Source: Asterionella formosa
Taxonomy: Eukaryota
NCBI GenBank assembly: GCA_002256025.1
Contig: NKIB01013019.1
Coordinates: 45,631 to 65,630 of the forward strand
Length of the DNA: 20,000 nt
Direction: 5' to 3'
A program made the position numbers and the translations under genes. Within the stretch, counting starts at the first letter, position 1; every line of letters begins with the position of its first letter. Shown piece after piece: positions 10,007 to 19,104 of the stretch. The notes under the pieces are model-generated. The model was not told the DNA's origin. It worked only from the letters and a program-made list of their open reading frames with translations, and ran no database searches.

Positions 10007-11987
10007 TCAAATGAACAATTTAGATGGGATAAAGAGAAATTTATTTTTAGATCAAGCAAAATTACCGTAACTTGCTGGATGTGTATGAATCATCCTTATA
10101 TTTTTAAATCCTTGTTCAAGGCTCGCAAGAAAGAGCGAGCGATAGTTCGTCAGCATTCTCACGACGTTCACAACAAATCAATGATAAAATGACTGCATGG
10201 CGCACAACAAACATTCTTGGCATCTCTTCTACTGTTTTTGCTATGTACCGGTATTTCTCACCGCGGTATAATTATTACGATCCTTGCATTATGTACTGAG
10301 TACATGTCAAGCGATTTTCATTTCTTACACAAACAAAATCTGCACCTAGGGCCCAGTAGGTGAAATGGGCTTGTTGCAATCTAGGGTACCTGGTACGGGT
10401 ACCTAATGCCAGCTACCACTACCCTGCGACCAGGTAGGTACCTGGTACCGGGTACCGGAAGGACATGTGCACAGATGCTTCATTCTTTTTCTGGCTGAAC
10501 AATTTTTTTTGCTATTTACTCGAGTACCGGTACACCTTATCTACTATCCTCGCGGTGATGCCTTTTACCTGGTAAACTTTGGTACCAGCAATAGAACCGG
10601 CATGTAAATTGGCACATCTACCGTTGCGACAATCATCGTTCCATGCACAACTTTTTGTTTCGTAATTATAATAACCAGCAACAATGACTAATATTTTTTT
10701 TGTCTATTGGGATTTATGAAACTATCATCATTATGTCATTTCTAGGAGTTAAACGATGTTACCGACATGTCAGGTGTTCGGCCATGTACTGGGAGAGTGG
10801 TTCATTTCGGTTGCAGTAAAAATTCCTTGCATTTTTCACATAAGATGTTGCTAGACTCAGTGTGTATAGTATATAATGGTGTTCAGGAAATCAAGATTGG
10901 TAACGCGGGAACACAGTGAGATCTCTTACTTTTGTTGGCAATTTGGCTGCTGGTAGGTCGGTGAAGTAAATGGAACACCATCAGATAGATATCTATCAGC
11001 AATCTCGAAGAGGCAAACATTTACCGGTACATTGATTGCCTATAACTATTCCTTGAACCTTCCTAAGGTAGAGCTCCGACCAAATTACAAATGTACGGGT
11101 AGGAATACCTGATAAAGAACAACAAAATGACTACCGGTATAGTTACTAGGGACCAGGATTCCGGTCCAGGACTGGTACCAGGTACTGGTAGAGCATGTCA
11201 ATTTCATTGCACTCTTGCAATTCGATCATTGTACATATCATACTACAAGGTACAAGGTACCTGGTCCCGTGGTACAATGTTTCATACCGGTACGTGTACC
11301 CTCTTTCCTATATGTTTACTGCAGACATTAGCTGAGTTTTTAGTATGGCTGATACGGAATGGATGGCATATTGGTGGTCAAGGTCAGAGTCATGGAGCAT
11401 AATAGGTAATCTTTTCAATGATGACTCAGCGTCTTAAAAAATATTGTGGAGGCATTTGTCGTATCTACGGTGTCTTCGTGGTTTCTGTGCTTTGGTCAGT
11501 TTGCAATAGCGGATCGAAATGGAGGGCAGTTCCACCCAATCACTGATCAACCAGATGCCGCCTTTTCCAAAAGTGATCGAAGTAGAAATAAATACGGACA
11601 CAATTACGTCGACTACAAGAAATCTCGAAATGGCAGTCGGTTTTGTCGTTTGACTCCGCACAGTCTCCCACGACAATTGGGCATCGGTAGCGGTCCATGT
11701 CGCTGAAGGTACCGATATGTAACTTGCCATATTACCGGTACCGTCATAAAGTCACCAGAAGTGACAAAATTCATTTTCACCGTCGGATGCCGCGTGGTCA
11801 TAGGGTCATCGTTGGTTTCAACAACTTGTAGTCATCCGCTACTGGTATATTGGATACCGGTAATTATTGTTCAGAATGATAATATGTTCCCATTCTCTCT
11901 GATGTTGGCAAACAAGTGACGAACGAAATTACCGGTAGCATAAAGCACACAAAAGGATTCCATAAAAGAAATTATCAAACATCCACA

Positions 11988-12986
11988 ATGGTCCTTTCCT
12001 CTCGTTCCCCTCGTATATTGAATTGTGAACGCCAGTACGTGCTGGACAGCATCAACTTTGCTCGACGCAACACTCTCTTTACAGCGTCCATGGTGACATC
12101 CTTATTTCAACCAAGCTTTGAATCGACAGTCGGATCAACGACCTCTCACGTGGAACAAACGCTGACGAGCTTCCACCTTCCTTACGGAAACAAGAGGCTT
12201 TTACCTACGTCAAGCGGTGACATTGACTCAGTCATAAATTTCCTCAAGCAGAACCTGCTCAATCCATATCCATGTCCTCAATCAAACGACGCTGTTTTGG
12301 TTGAAGATTCTGCGTCGGAGTCATGCTCTGAGCCACAAAAGAAGAAGAGAAAGACCAAGCCTGACGATACCAAGTTTAGACCATATCAAGCCGAGAAATG
12401 GCACGAAAAATACGAGGAGCTTGTTGACTACAAGAAGAAATATGGCAACGCGATGGTCCCTCACACCTTTCCAGACAATCCTCCACTCGCACGATGGGTC
12501 AAGCGGCAACGCCACCAGCGCGTCCTTCAAAAGCGTGGTGACCCTCGTTCGTCGTGTACACCGGAACGAATAGCACTGCTCGACGCTCTTGGGTTCGTCT
12601 GGGACTCACACGAGATTTCTTGGATCCAAAGACTTGATGAGCTTCACGCGTACAAAAAAGAGCATGGCCACTGCCTTGTTCCGTCTACTTACCCCAAGAA
12701 TGCCCAGCTTGCTACTTGGGTAAAATGTCAACGAAGGCAGTACAAACTCTTTGCTGAGGGGAAGACATCCAATATTACTCAGGAGAGAATCGATCAACTC
12801 GTTGAGGTAGGATTCGAGTGGGAGCTTCGTGCACTTCCGAAGCCAATTACATCTGCTGTAGAAGCTGAAAATTCAGCAATTGGTGATGAATCCTTCCTTT
12901 CTTTTCTTGAGGTATTTTCCGATCTCAGCGATTCGGATGATACTGAAGACAGCGACGAACCGTTACCTGCAAACTTTGGTTGGTAA
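11988..12986 (+). CDS. Helicase-associated (HA, PF03457-type) domain protein with two tandem HA domains; probable nuclear nucleic-acid-binding regulator
   Basis: First ATG at 11988 (CCACAATG) in the 356-codon ORF. Two repeats: WHEKYEELVDYKKKYGNAMVP..LARWVKRQR..ERIALLDALGFVW and WIQRLDELHAYKKEHGHCLVP..LATWVKCQR..ERIDQLVEVGFEW. NLS-like PQKKKRK, acidic tail, no helicase motifs. Confidence 0.93.
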   Translation: MVLSSRSPRILNCERQYVLDSINFARRNTLFTASMVTSLFQPSFESTVGSTTSHVEQTLTSFHLPYGNKRLLPTSSGDIDSVINFLKQNLLNPYPCPQSNDAVLVEDSASESCSEPQKKKRKTKPDDTKFRPYQAEKWHEKYEELVDYKKKYGNAMVPHTFPDNPPLARWVKRQRHQRVLQKRGDPRSSCTPERIALLDALGFVWDSHEISWIQRLDELHAYKKEHGHCLVPSTYPKNAQLATWVKCQRRQYKLFAEGKTSNITQERIDQLVEVGFEWELRALPKPITSAVEAENSAIGDESFLSFLEVFSDLSDSDDTEDSDEPLPANFGW

Positions 12987-13152
12987 AAATTGTACCAATT
13001 ACATATAATTCATCATGGCATCAACCCTTCGAACAAACTCAAACCTTTCCTTTAGCATACACAAACTACAGGTAGTCTCCTTAATTTAATTTCATTATAA
13101 AATTGTTATTTCATAAAAGCAATATCAATTGATTTATCAAAGAACATAAAAT

Positions 13153-13226
13153 GCTGAATGAATCTTTCCTTTCTGGGTGTATTTTCCGATCTCAGCGAAA
13201 CGAACCGATAAAAATTGTACTAATTA
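13153..13226 (+). repeat. Patchwork partial duplicate of the 3' end of the HA gene (12864-13001)
   Basis: Five collinear blocks, including an exact 20-mer GTATTTTCCGATCTCAGCGA (12912-12931 = 13179-13198) and TAAAAATTGTAC.AATTA (12984-13001 / 13209-13226). Confidence 0.85.
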
Positions 13227-13415
13227 TGACCCATGTACCACGCTAGATATACTATATCATTAGATGGTATAAGTCCTATATAACGTTAACCTTATAGGCT
13301 CTTCTATGCAGACCATATGTATGTTTACTCTCACTGTAGAGAATTACACAATACAAACTGTGTATGTATACCATGTCAACCATAAGTGAAAGGTCGTCAT
13401 TAAACGAAAATAACA

Positions 13416-13808
13416 ATGACAAATCGACCAGAAGAACCTGACAGTTGGGCTGTCATTGACAATCTTGATATAGAAGTGGAACAACAGAGCTTTTTGTTCA
13501 TTGCAGCAGTTGCATTATCATTTTTGGAGTCCTATGAATGAAACTTGACGCCAGTACGAATTCCGAAATGGGAGCATCAACGAATTGACTGGAATGAGCA
13601 TGTCACAAAGCTTCTTCATGAGAATATATTTCATCATGAATATCGCATGTCTCTTGAAACCTTCAATCAACTACTGGAACTCCTTCAACCTTCCATCACA
13701 GTTAATGTTGTCAAATCAAATGCAAGTTCCGGTTTATACAGCTCAAATCAGTATATTTATCCCGAGTTAATCCTTGTTGCCATTGGACTTTGCTGGCTTG
13801 CAAGTGGA
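13416..13808 (+). pseudogene. PIF/Harbinger transposase N-terminal remnant (HTH region only, no DDE domain)
   Basis: ATG 13416 is in frame with the 13545 ORF via one TGA (13539-13541). FHHEYRMSLETFNQLLELLQPSI...IYPELILVAIGLCWLASG matches the typical Harbinger F..FRMS.ETF..L..LL...I.PE..LA..LR.LA.G pattern. Similarity ends after WLASG. Confidence 0.8.
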
Positions 13809-14285
13809 AACCTCATCATAGACAGAGTTGCTAGATTTTTGGCTGAATAGGAAATGTAGATAGTGATAGTAAGCCTTGTTGGATCCCCATCATCAGCATC
13901 CAAATTGCTTGCACAGCAACGAAATCTCCTTCCACATTCATCTTGGCTTTTTGCTATCTAAATAAAGTCTAAAATTATCGAATTTCAACAGAAGAGTAGA
14001 TGCCATGGTGCTTCGCATATGCCTCTGGTATAGTAGCTAGAACAGTAGAATTTCCCCAATTCTCCTCCGAAATGGTCGCCATTTGTATCTGCCATGGTGG
14101 ATTGTTGTTGCTTCATTGACAGCGATGATGATTACAAATTTTCACCATTTCTATTTAAGATAAAAACATATTTCATCACGGTTTTGTTAATTTACATGGG
14201 ATTTTACTATTGCCTATTTTTTAAATTTTGACGTATGCAATTCGATTTCTCAGAGCAGCCGATTTACGAACTTTCTCAATCTAAT

Positions 14286-14362
14286 GACTTGCTGGTAAGC
14301 GTTTCCTGTGTGTCACTTTTGATATTGGATTAGGGCACCCTGAAAGCGCTTACCAGCAAGTC
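14286..14362. repeat. Inverted repeat/hairpin with 16-bp perfect arms
   Basis: GACTTGCTGGTAAGCG (14286-14301) pairs with CGCTTACCAGCAAGTC (14347-14362), extended by TTTC/GAAA after a 1-nt bulge. Confidence 0.88.
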
Positions 14363-14730
14363 TTTGGTTTCAGCGAGATCTCAGTCCGCTGCACCAAAAA
14401 TGATACCCCTAATTTCTTGGAGCAGTCAAGTCAGAAGGAGAGATAGAGGATTAGTATACTAGTTTTCAGTCTGAATGTCAAAACTTGTTGTTAGTTGCGA
14501 CATCTGAATTTTATTTGTACATGTCTCCATGTGTAGAAACCATTTCAACCAAGAGCAATATCACTTCTTATGAACATAGTATGTTTTAAACTATGGAAAA
14601 GACAACGAAGATGACGTTTTGATCAACGGAAGTGGGCAATGCCAAAATCGCCATCATCCTGTCTCCTCACCTAAGTAAATCTTTTCGTGGGTGTGCACAT
14701 TTCAGGAGACAAGAAGAGCATTGGATTTAC

Positions 14731-14760
14731 GGTACCAGGTACCAGGTACCAGGGGGTACC
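14731..14760. repeat. (GGTACCA)n short tandem array upstream of the ankyrin-like gene
   Basis: GGTACCA-GGTACCA-GGTACCA-GGGGGTACC read directly. Confidence 0.8.
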
Positions 14761-15038
14761 GATACTACAAAAGAGCCAGGCATGTGCGCGAACCCTACAA
14801 ACGAGAGAGAGAACTAGATTCAGGAAATAAAGTATGGGCAATCTGGACGAGCGAAAGCGTCAAAGGCAAGTTGAAAGGACTCACTTTACATAAAGTAGAT
14901 GAACGCAGCGAGGTCATATTGACAAGGCCTGATGATCCCACAAGGGATCATCTGTGATTGATTTTATGTGGGAACACAAGTACAGCAACACTCGGCTATC
15001 GAGCAAAAATCGAAGATTACACTGAAATAGTTTATGCT

Positions 15039-16208
15039 ATGAATTACGCCACCATGAAGTGCAGCTCCCTTCCATCCACCTCCAACGGCCAGCCAATTGA
15101 TGTTCTCTCCAAGAAGCAGGAATCTCTCGCCAGCGAAGAATGGCTGAAGGCCACGTGCGTCCTTGAAAAGAATCCGCCATTGATGACACCAACCATTCTG
15201 CTACTGGCACTTCATTCCAAACCACCTCTTTATGTCATAAATTTCATGCTCCACTTGAATCCTCAAGCAGCATCCATTCCCAAAAAGGGACCCACAGCAC
15301 TGCAAATAGCCGTGATTCGTCATGCTGCACATGATGTTATTTGTCGATTGCTCAAGGCCTGCCCCTTTGCCCTTTTGGCTACAACGTGTGACTTGGCTGC
15401 GCCCTTGGAACTGGCCATGATGCACCGTCACCAGGAACCTGATTTGATTGGAATTTTGTCACAGCCGCTTGACTACTGGATGGAACAGTCCAAGCGCACT
15501 CAAAAAATTGTTCTGCCCAGCACCACAAAGCGGGGTGACCCACGAGAAATTGACAATATCAAGGTGATTGCAGCAACGATACTTCGAGCACAGAGGCGTC
15601 AGATGAACGCTTTGCAAGAACATAAGCGGGAGGTCGAAGAACAGCTGGGGGAATTCAAACCTTTAACACAGCAAGATGAAGCGGGAATCACTGCCAAGTT
15701 ACTACAAGAAGTGGCTGATGCTCAACGCAAGCATTTCAAGACACAGCTGGTAGCACTCGACATGAAAGAGAGAGCAGTCAAAACCAAGTTTAAACAGATG
15801 GAGCGTCGGCTTGTCTCGCGCTTGGAGGAGACTCGCAGAGTGAATGCGCAACAAGAGCAGAAGACCAATACATCAATCAAATCCTTGGAAGAAACGTTGA
15901 AAAGTTTTGACGCCATGGTGACGAATTGGCGGAATCAGACAGAAGTAAAACTGGAAGCAATTCAATCACATGTTATTCAAGAGTCCAAAGTCAATGCACA
16001 CTTTCGCAATGACACACGACTTCAGTTAGATCAAATGTTTGCATTGGAACACAATGACGGTGATGGCTTATATATTGCTGAAGAACCGATTGTTTATTCA
16101 ACACCGTATGATTCAGCAATGGAATGCGCATGCGAGGACAAGGAACCTATGCTACCCAAGATGGCGGCATTACAAGAGCGACGGAAAAAGGCTTGGTTTG
16201 GATGCTAG
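15039..16208 (+). CDS. Protein with N-terminal degenerate ankyrin-like repeats and a long coiled coil; function unknown
   Basis: Long uninterrupted ORF, first ATG at 15039 (alternative GCCACCATG at 15054). LLLALHSKPPLYVINFMLHLNPQAA, TALQIAVIRHAAHDVICRLLKACP and PLELAM resemble stramenopile ankyrin-like repeats. E/K/Q/R-rich heptad region follows. Confidence 0.85.
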   Translation: MNYATMKCSSLPSTSNGQPIDVLSKKQESLASEEWLKATCVLEKNPPLMTPTILLLALHSKPPLYVINFMLHLNPQAASIPKKGPTALQIAVIRHAAHDVICRLLKACPFALLATTCDLAAPLELAMMHRHQEPDLIGILSQPLDYWMEQSKRTQKIVLPSTTKRGDPREIDNIKVIAATILRAQRRQMNALQEHKREVEEQLGEFKPLTQQDEAGITAKLLQEVADAQRKHFKTQLVALDMKERAVKTKFKQMERRLVSRLEETRRVNAQQEQKTNTSIKSLEETLKSFDAMVTNWRNQTEVKLEAIQSHVIQESKVNAHFRNDTRLQLDQMFALEHNDGDGLYIAEEPIVYSTPYDSAMECACEDKEPMLPKMAALQERRKKAWFGC

Positions 16209-16295
16209 ATGTTTCGAAACGGTGCTAGGGTCTTTGATCAGTATTTTGAGTCCTCGTTGTCGCTTCGACGAATCATTGATAAAGTCACGTGGTAG

Positions 16296-17396
16296 TCAAG
16301 TCGAAAAGAGTTCGTCTATTTTAGATTCAAAAAGATGGAACGGAAAGGACGATATAGTTCGATTCACAATGGATTTCCGATTCTTAATATCCAAAATAGA
16401 AGTATAGGCATTCTTGTTTCGAAGTTGATTTGTGTCCGCGACTGGAACTTTGATATCATTTCTTCCAACAGCTTCTAGGTAGTCAAGATACTTAAATCGC
16501 CCTTCCGTTATGGATGTTGTGGTGTTATGAAACTGAAACCACATGGAAGGTATACCAAGGGCGTCGGCCACAACAATGCCATGCAGTGATGACGATGCAA
16601 CATAATCGCATTCTTGAGCCAGTATTTTAACAACAGGTCGCCATGGCTGAGCTGCAGACACACTTAAAATACCATCGGGAAGGGATTTTCGCGCTTGTTC
16701 AACGTCATGGAAGTGAGGAACAAAACAGAACCGATCGCCACCAGGCGCTCGAGTTCCTGTTGCGAATTCCGAGTCCATGAGAGGAACCAAAAAACCTGGA
16801 TCGCCATGAGGTATTGAATGTTGTATTCCAAGGTTCTTTCGGAGCAGTTTCTCTGTTTTCGGCCCTCGAACCGAGTAAACTTGAACTCCTGTGGCATAGC
16901 TATACTTTTCCTGCCAGTACGGATTGACTCCCGTGCCCCATACATGATCTCCGTGCTGTATCGAATGGAAAATACTCCCCAAAGTGAAAAGACACTTGAT
17001 TCCTTGCTGGCGCCGTTGCCTGTCAATTTTCGGTTGAGCCACATCGAGTTTCAGCACGTTTGAAGTGCAGTGAAAGCGATCTTTAAGGACGAGATCCACG
17101 GCTGCTGGCCCAAGCTCATCTCCAAAATTTCCCCCGTATGCAAGAAAAAAACACAGTGCCATGCGATCACTTTTGAACCGAACCGAACAGATGGTTTCCT
17201 CCCGCGAAGGTAAACGGTTATTCGTTGCCGAGCTATGCTCGACTTCCAAAGCGTCACCAAGGAGTGCAATGAACAAAAGAACTGCCAGCAGAAGGATAGC
17301 GGCCTTTGTCGAGTATTTCAACTTCTTCAGTGCCCTCAGTGGTGCACGGTAATCTCGAAGACCTCTGCTGCTGACAATAAGTACATTTGGTTTCAT
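16296..17396 (-). CDS. Polysaccharide pyruvyltransferase family protein (ExoV/GumL-like), type II membrane-anchored
   Basis: 366 aa with ordered family motifs GNFGDELG, LGSIFH, VWGTG, VRGPKT, GDPGFL, VPHFHD, SSSLHGIVVADALGIP, FKYLDY. A basic N-tail is followed by the hydrophobic helix AAILLLAVLLFIALLG. Confidence 0.92.
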   Translation of the reverse strand: MKPNVLIVSSRGLRDYRAPLRALKKLKYSTKAAILLLAVLLFIALLGDALEVEHSSATNNRLPSREETICSVRFKSDRMALCFFLAYGGNFGDELGPAAVDLVLKDRFHCTSNVLKLDVAQPKIDRQRRQQGIKCLFTLGSIFHSIQHGDHVWGTGVNPYWQEKYSYATGVQVYSVRGPKTEKLLRKNLGIQHSIPHGDPGFLVPLMDSEFATGTRAPGGDRFCFVPHFHDVEQARKSLPDGILSVSAAQPWRPVVKILAQECDYVASSSLHGIVVADALGIPSMWFQFHNTTTSITEGRFKYLDYLEAVGRNDIKVPVADTNQLRNKNAYTSILDIKNRKSIVNRTISSFPFHLFESKIDELFST

Positions 17397-17490
17397 TTGA
17401 TCGGTGATTCAAGCTTTCGACAATGCATATGATTTCTGGTACTTTCGTTTTTGGCTGACTGTGAGAACTGGTGTCTTCCGATTCACCGGA

Positions 17491-17533
17491 GTACCTGGTA
17501 TCTGGTACCTGGTACCTGGTACCAGGTACCAGG
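17491..17533. repeat. GGTACCW heptamer array forming a 26-bp perfect palindrome about 110 bp upstream of the pyruvyltransferase start
   Basis: CCTGGTACCTGGT|ACCAGGTACCAGG at 17508-17533, preceded by further degenerate units. Confidence 0.85.
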
Positions 17534-19008
17534 GTAGTTGTAAAAATAAAAGCGATGTTGCAGCAATTCCCGCTCCAGCTATCGTCTTGCCATTCGGGTA
17601 CTTCTGAGTATTTTTTAGTCTCTAAGTAATTTCTTAAGTAATTTTTATTTAAGGGCAATATGGGGCACATCGAATTTTTCGGCAATAAAATTGCCGATTT
17701 TAGCATGACAACCAGAAAAACGGTAAAATGCATAGAGATGGTACAACAAGCGTAAAACACACGAGAATGATTGTAACATGCAATGATTGTAACATGTAAC
17801 ATCAACGAAAATTGAACATGATGTTTGGAGCAACCAAAGTATGAAATGCGATGTAATAAGTAGCATCAAATGAGAAATAGAAAAAATTGTTTTGGGTTAG
17901 AAATGAAATAAAAAATAAGAGTTCCAATGGAGACGTATGCATTGTGAATCATTGCAGTACTTACACACCAGGCAACATTGACTTTCCATCACCATATACA
18001 ATCGAAGACCGAAAGAAGAAGAAAAAAAGCTCAACCCAGTGTAGACCTGAATCGTTATTTAGCGTAAATGGTCTGGTTTCTGCAACCATGCGCATCGCTG
18101 TAGTAGCCTGACACTAGTAGCAGTTTTTCCGCCACATCATTCCTCTCCGCTGCCCACCAAACAAGCAACCCTGATCATTCCATTCTGAGCAAGCGTGATC
18201 GCCACGCTGCTCCAGAACTTTTGACTCTCTCTAGCTGAGTATTCGTCATGTAGCTTCTGATACGAACTCGTAGTAGAAATGTAGCAAAGCGCGTTAGTAC
18301 AAGAAAAGCATTGCTTGGCGGCAATATTGACATCATTGTCAATGACTATACAAATCAACAACGGCACAATACCACATCTTCAATGAGTAGTCATTGATAA
18401 ATGCATTGGTTCTTATTTAAATATGTACAATCGAAACAAAAGTCAGTGCGTAACTACAAACAACGATGGAAGCGATCAAAACAAACCACGGAAGCAATAA
18501 AATCGGAAAGTCGGCCCGATAAATACGATCTACAATCCACATTCAGTATTTCACTGTTGTACTCACCGATCCGCTTCAACTAGCATAACAAAGCATCAGA
18601 CGATGGGATCAAAGAAAGACGAACGTTGCCTATTGCAAGCCCGAATAGAGCAAAGACAGGCAAGATAGAGTGAGAACTATATTTGTGAGGACGAAATCGG
18701 GCATACGGTACGTAAAAACAATGAATATGTGAACGATATTATTCAACATTTCAGTTCTCGTAAAAATAATACCAAGTCTACAGAGATAATATTATAACGT
18801 GTTCAAAGTAAGCGTTAAAGCATAGTTTAAACCATGCATGGTTGTTTTTAGTACCACGAACGTATGTAGACCAGATGACTGCCGGTACCGGGAACGTAGT
18901 CGTAAAAAATTAAACTCCCAGTTAAACCCGTAGTGGAAGCTAGCACTAGTAGTTTGCTACTACTCCAGGACAGTGGACAAAGCTATTCTTGGCGACAATA
19001 TCGGTTGT

Positions 19009-19104
19009 GGTACCAGGTACCAGTACCTAGTACTGGTACCGGCGCCCATTTGCTCGTATCGACTGGTTACCAGGGTACCGGTACCAGGTACCGTACCAGG
19101 GTAC
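19009..19104. repeat. Degenerate GGTACC/TACCGGTA-rich cluster
   Basis: Multiple GGTACC copies in about 95 bp (GGTACCAGGTACCAGTACC...GGGTACCGGTACCAGGTACCGTACCAGGGTAC). Confidence 0.8.

Noticed and set aside
11127..11801. Several short overlapping ORFs upstream of the HA gene
   Set aside because: Mostly non-ATG starts, some driven by GGTACC repeats, no domains; likely promoter/intergenic DNA.
11916..11987. GTG-initiated N-terminal extension of the HA ORF (likewise TTG at 14958 for the next gene)
   Set aside because: Artefact of allowing bacterial start codons; in-frame ATGs in good context lie downstream.
12301..17432. Short ORFs overlapping the three main CDSs in other frames or strands
   Set aside because: Shadow ORFs of genuine coding sequence with no independent evidence.
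17766..17796. Two-copy 16-bp tandem repeat AATGATTGTAACATG
   Set aside because: Ordinary slippage duplication with no further structure.
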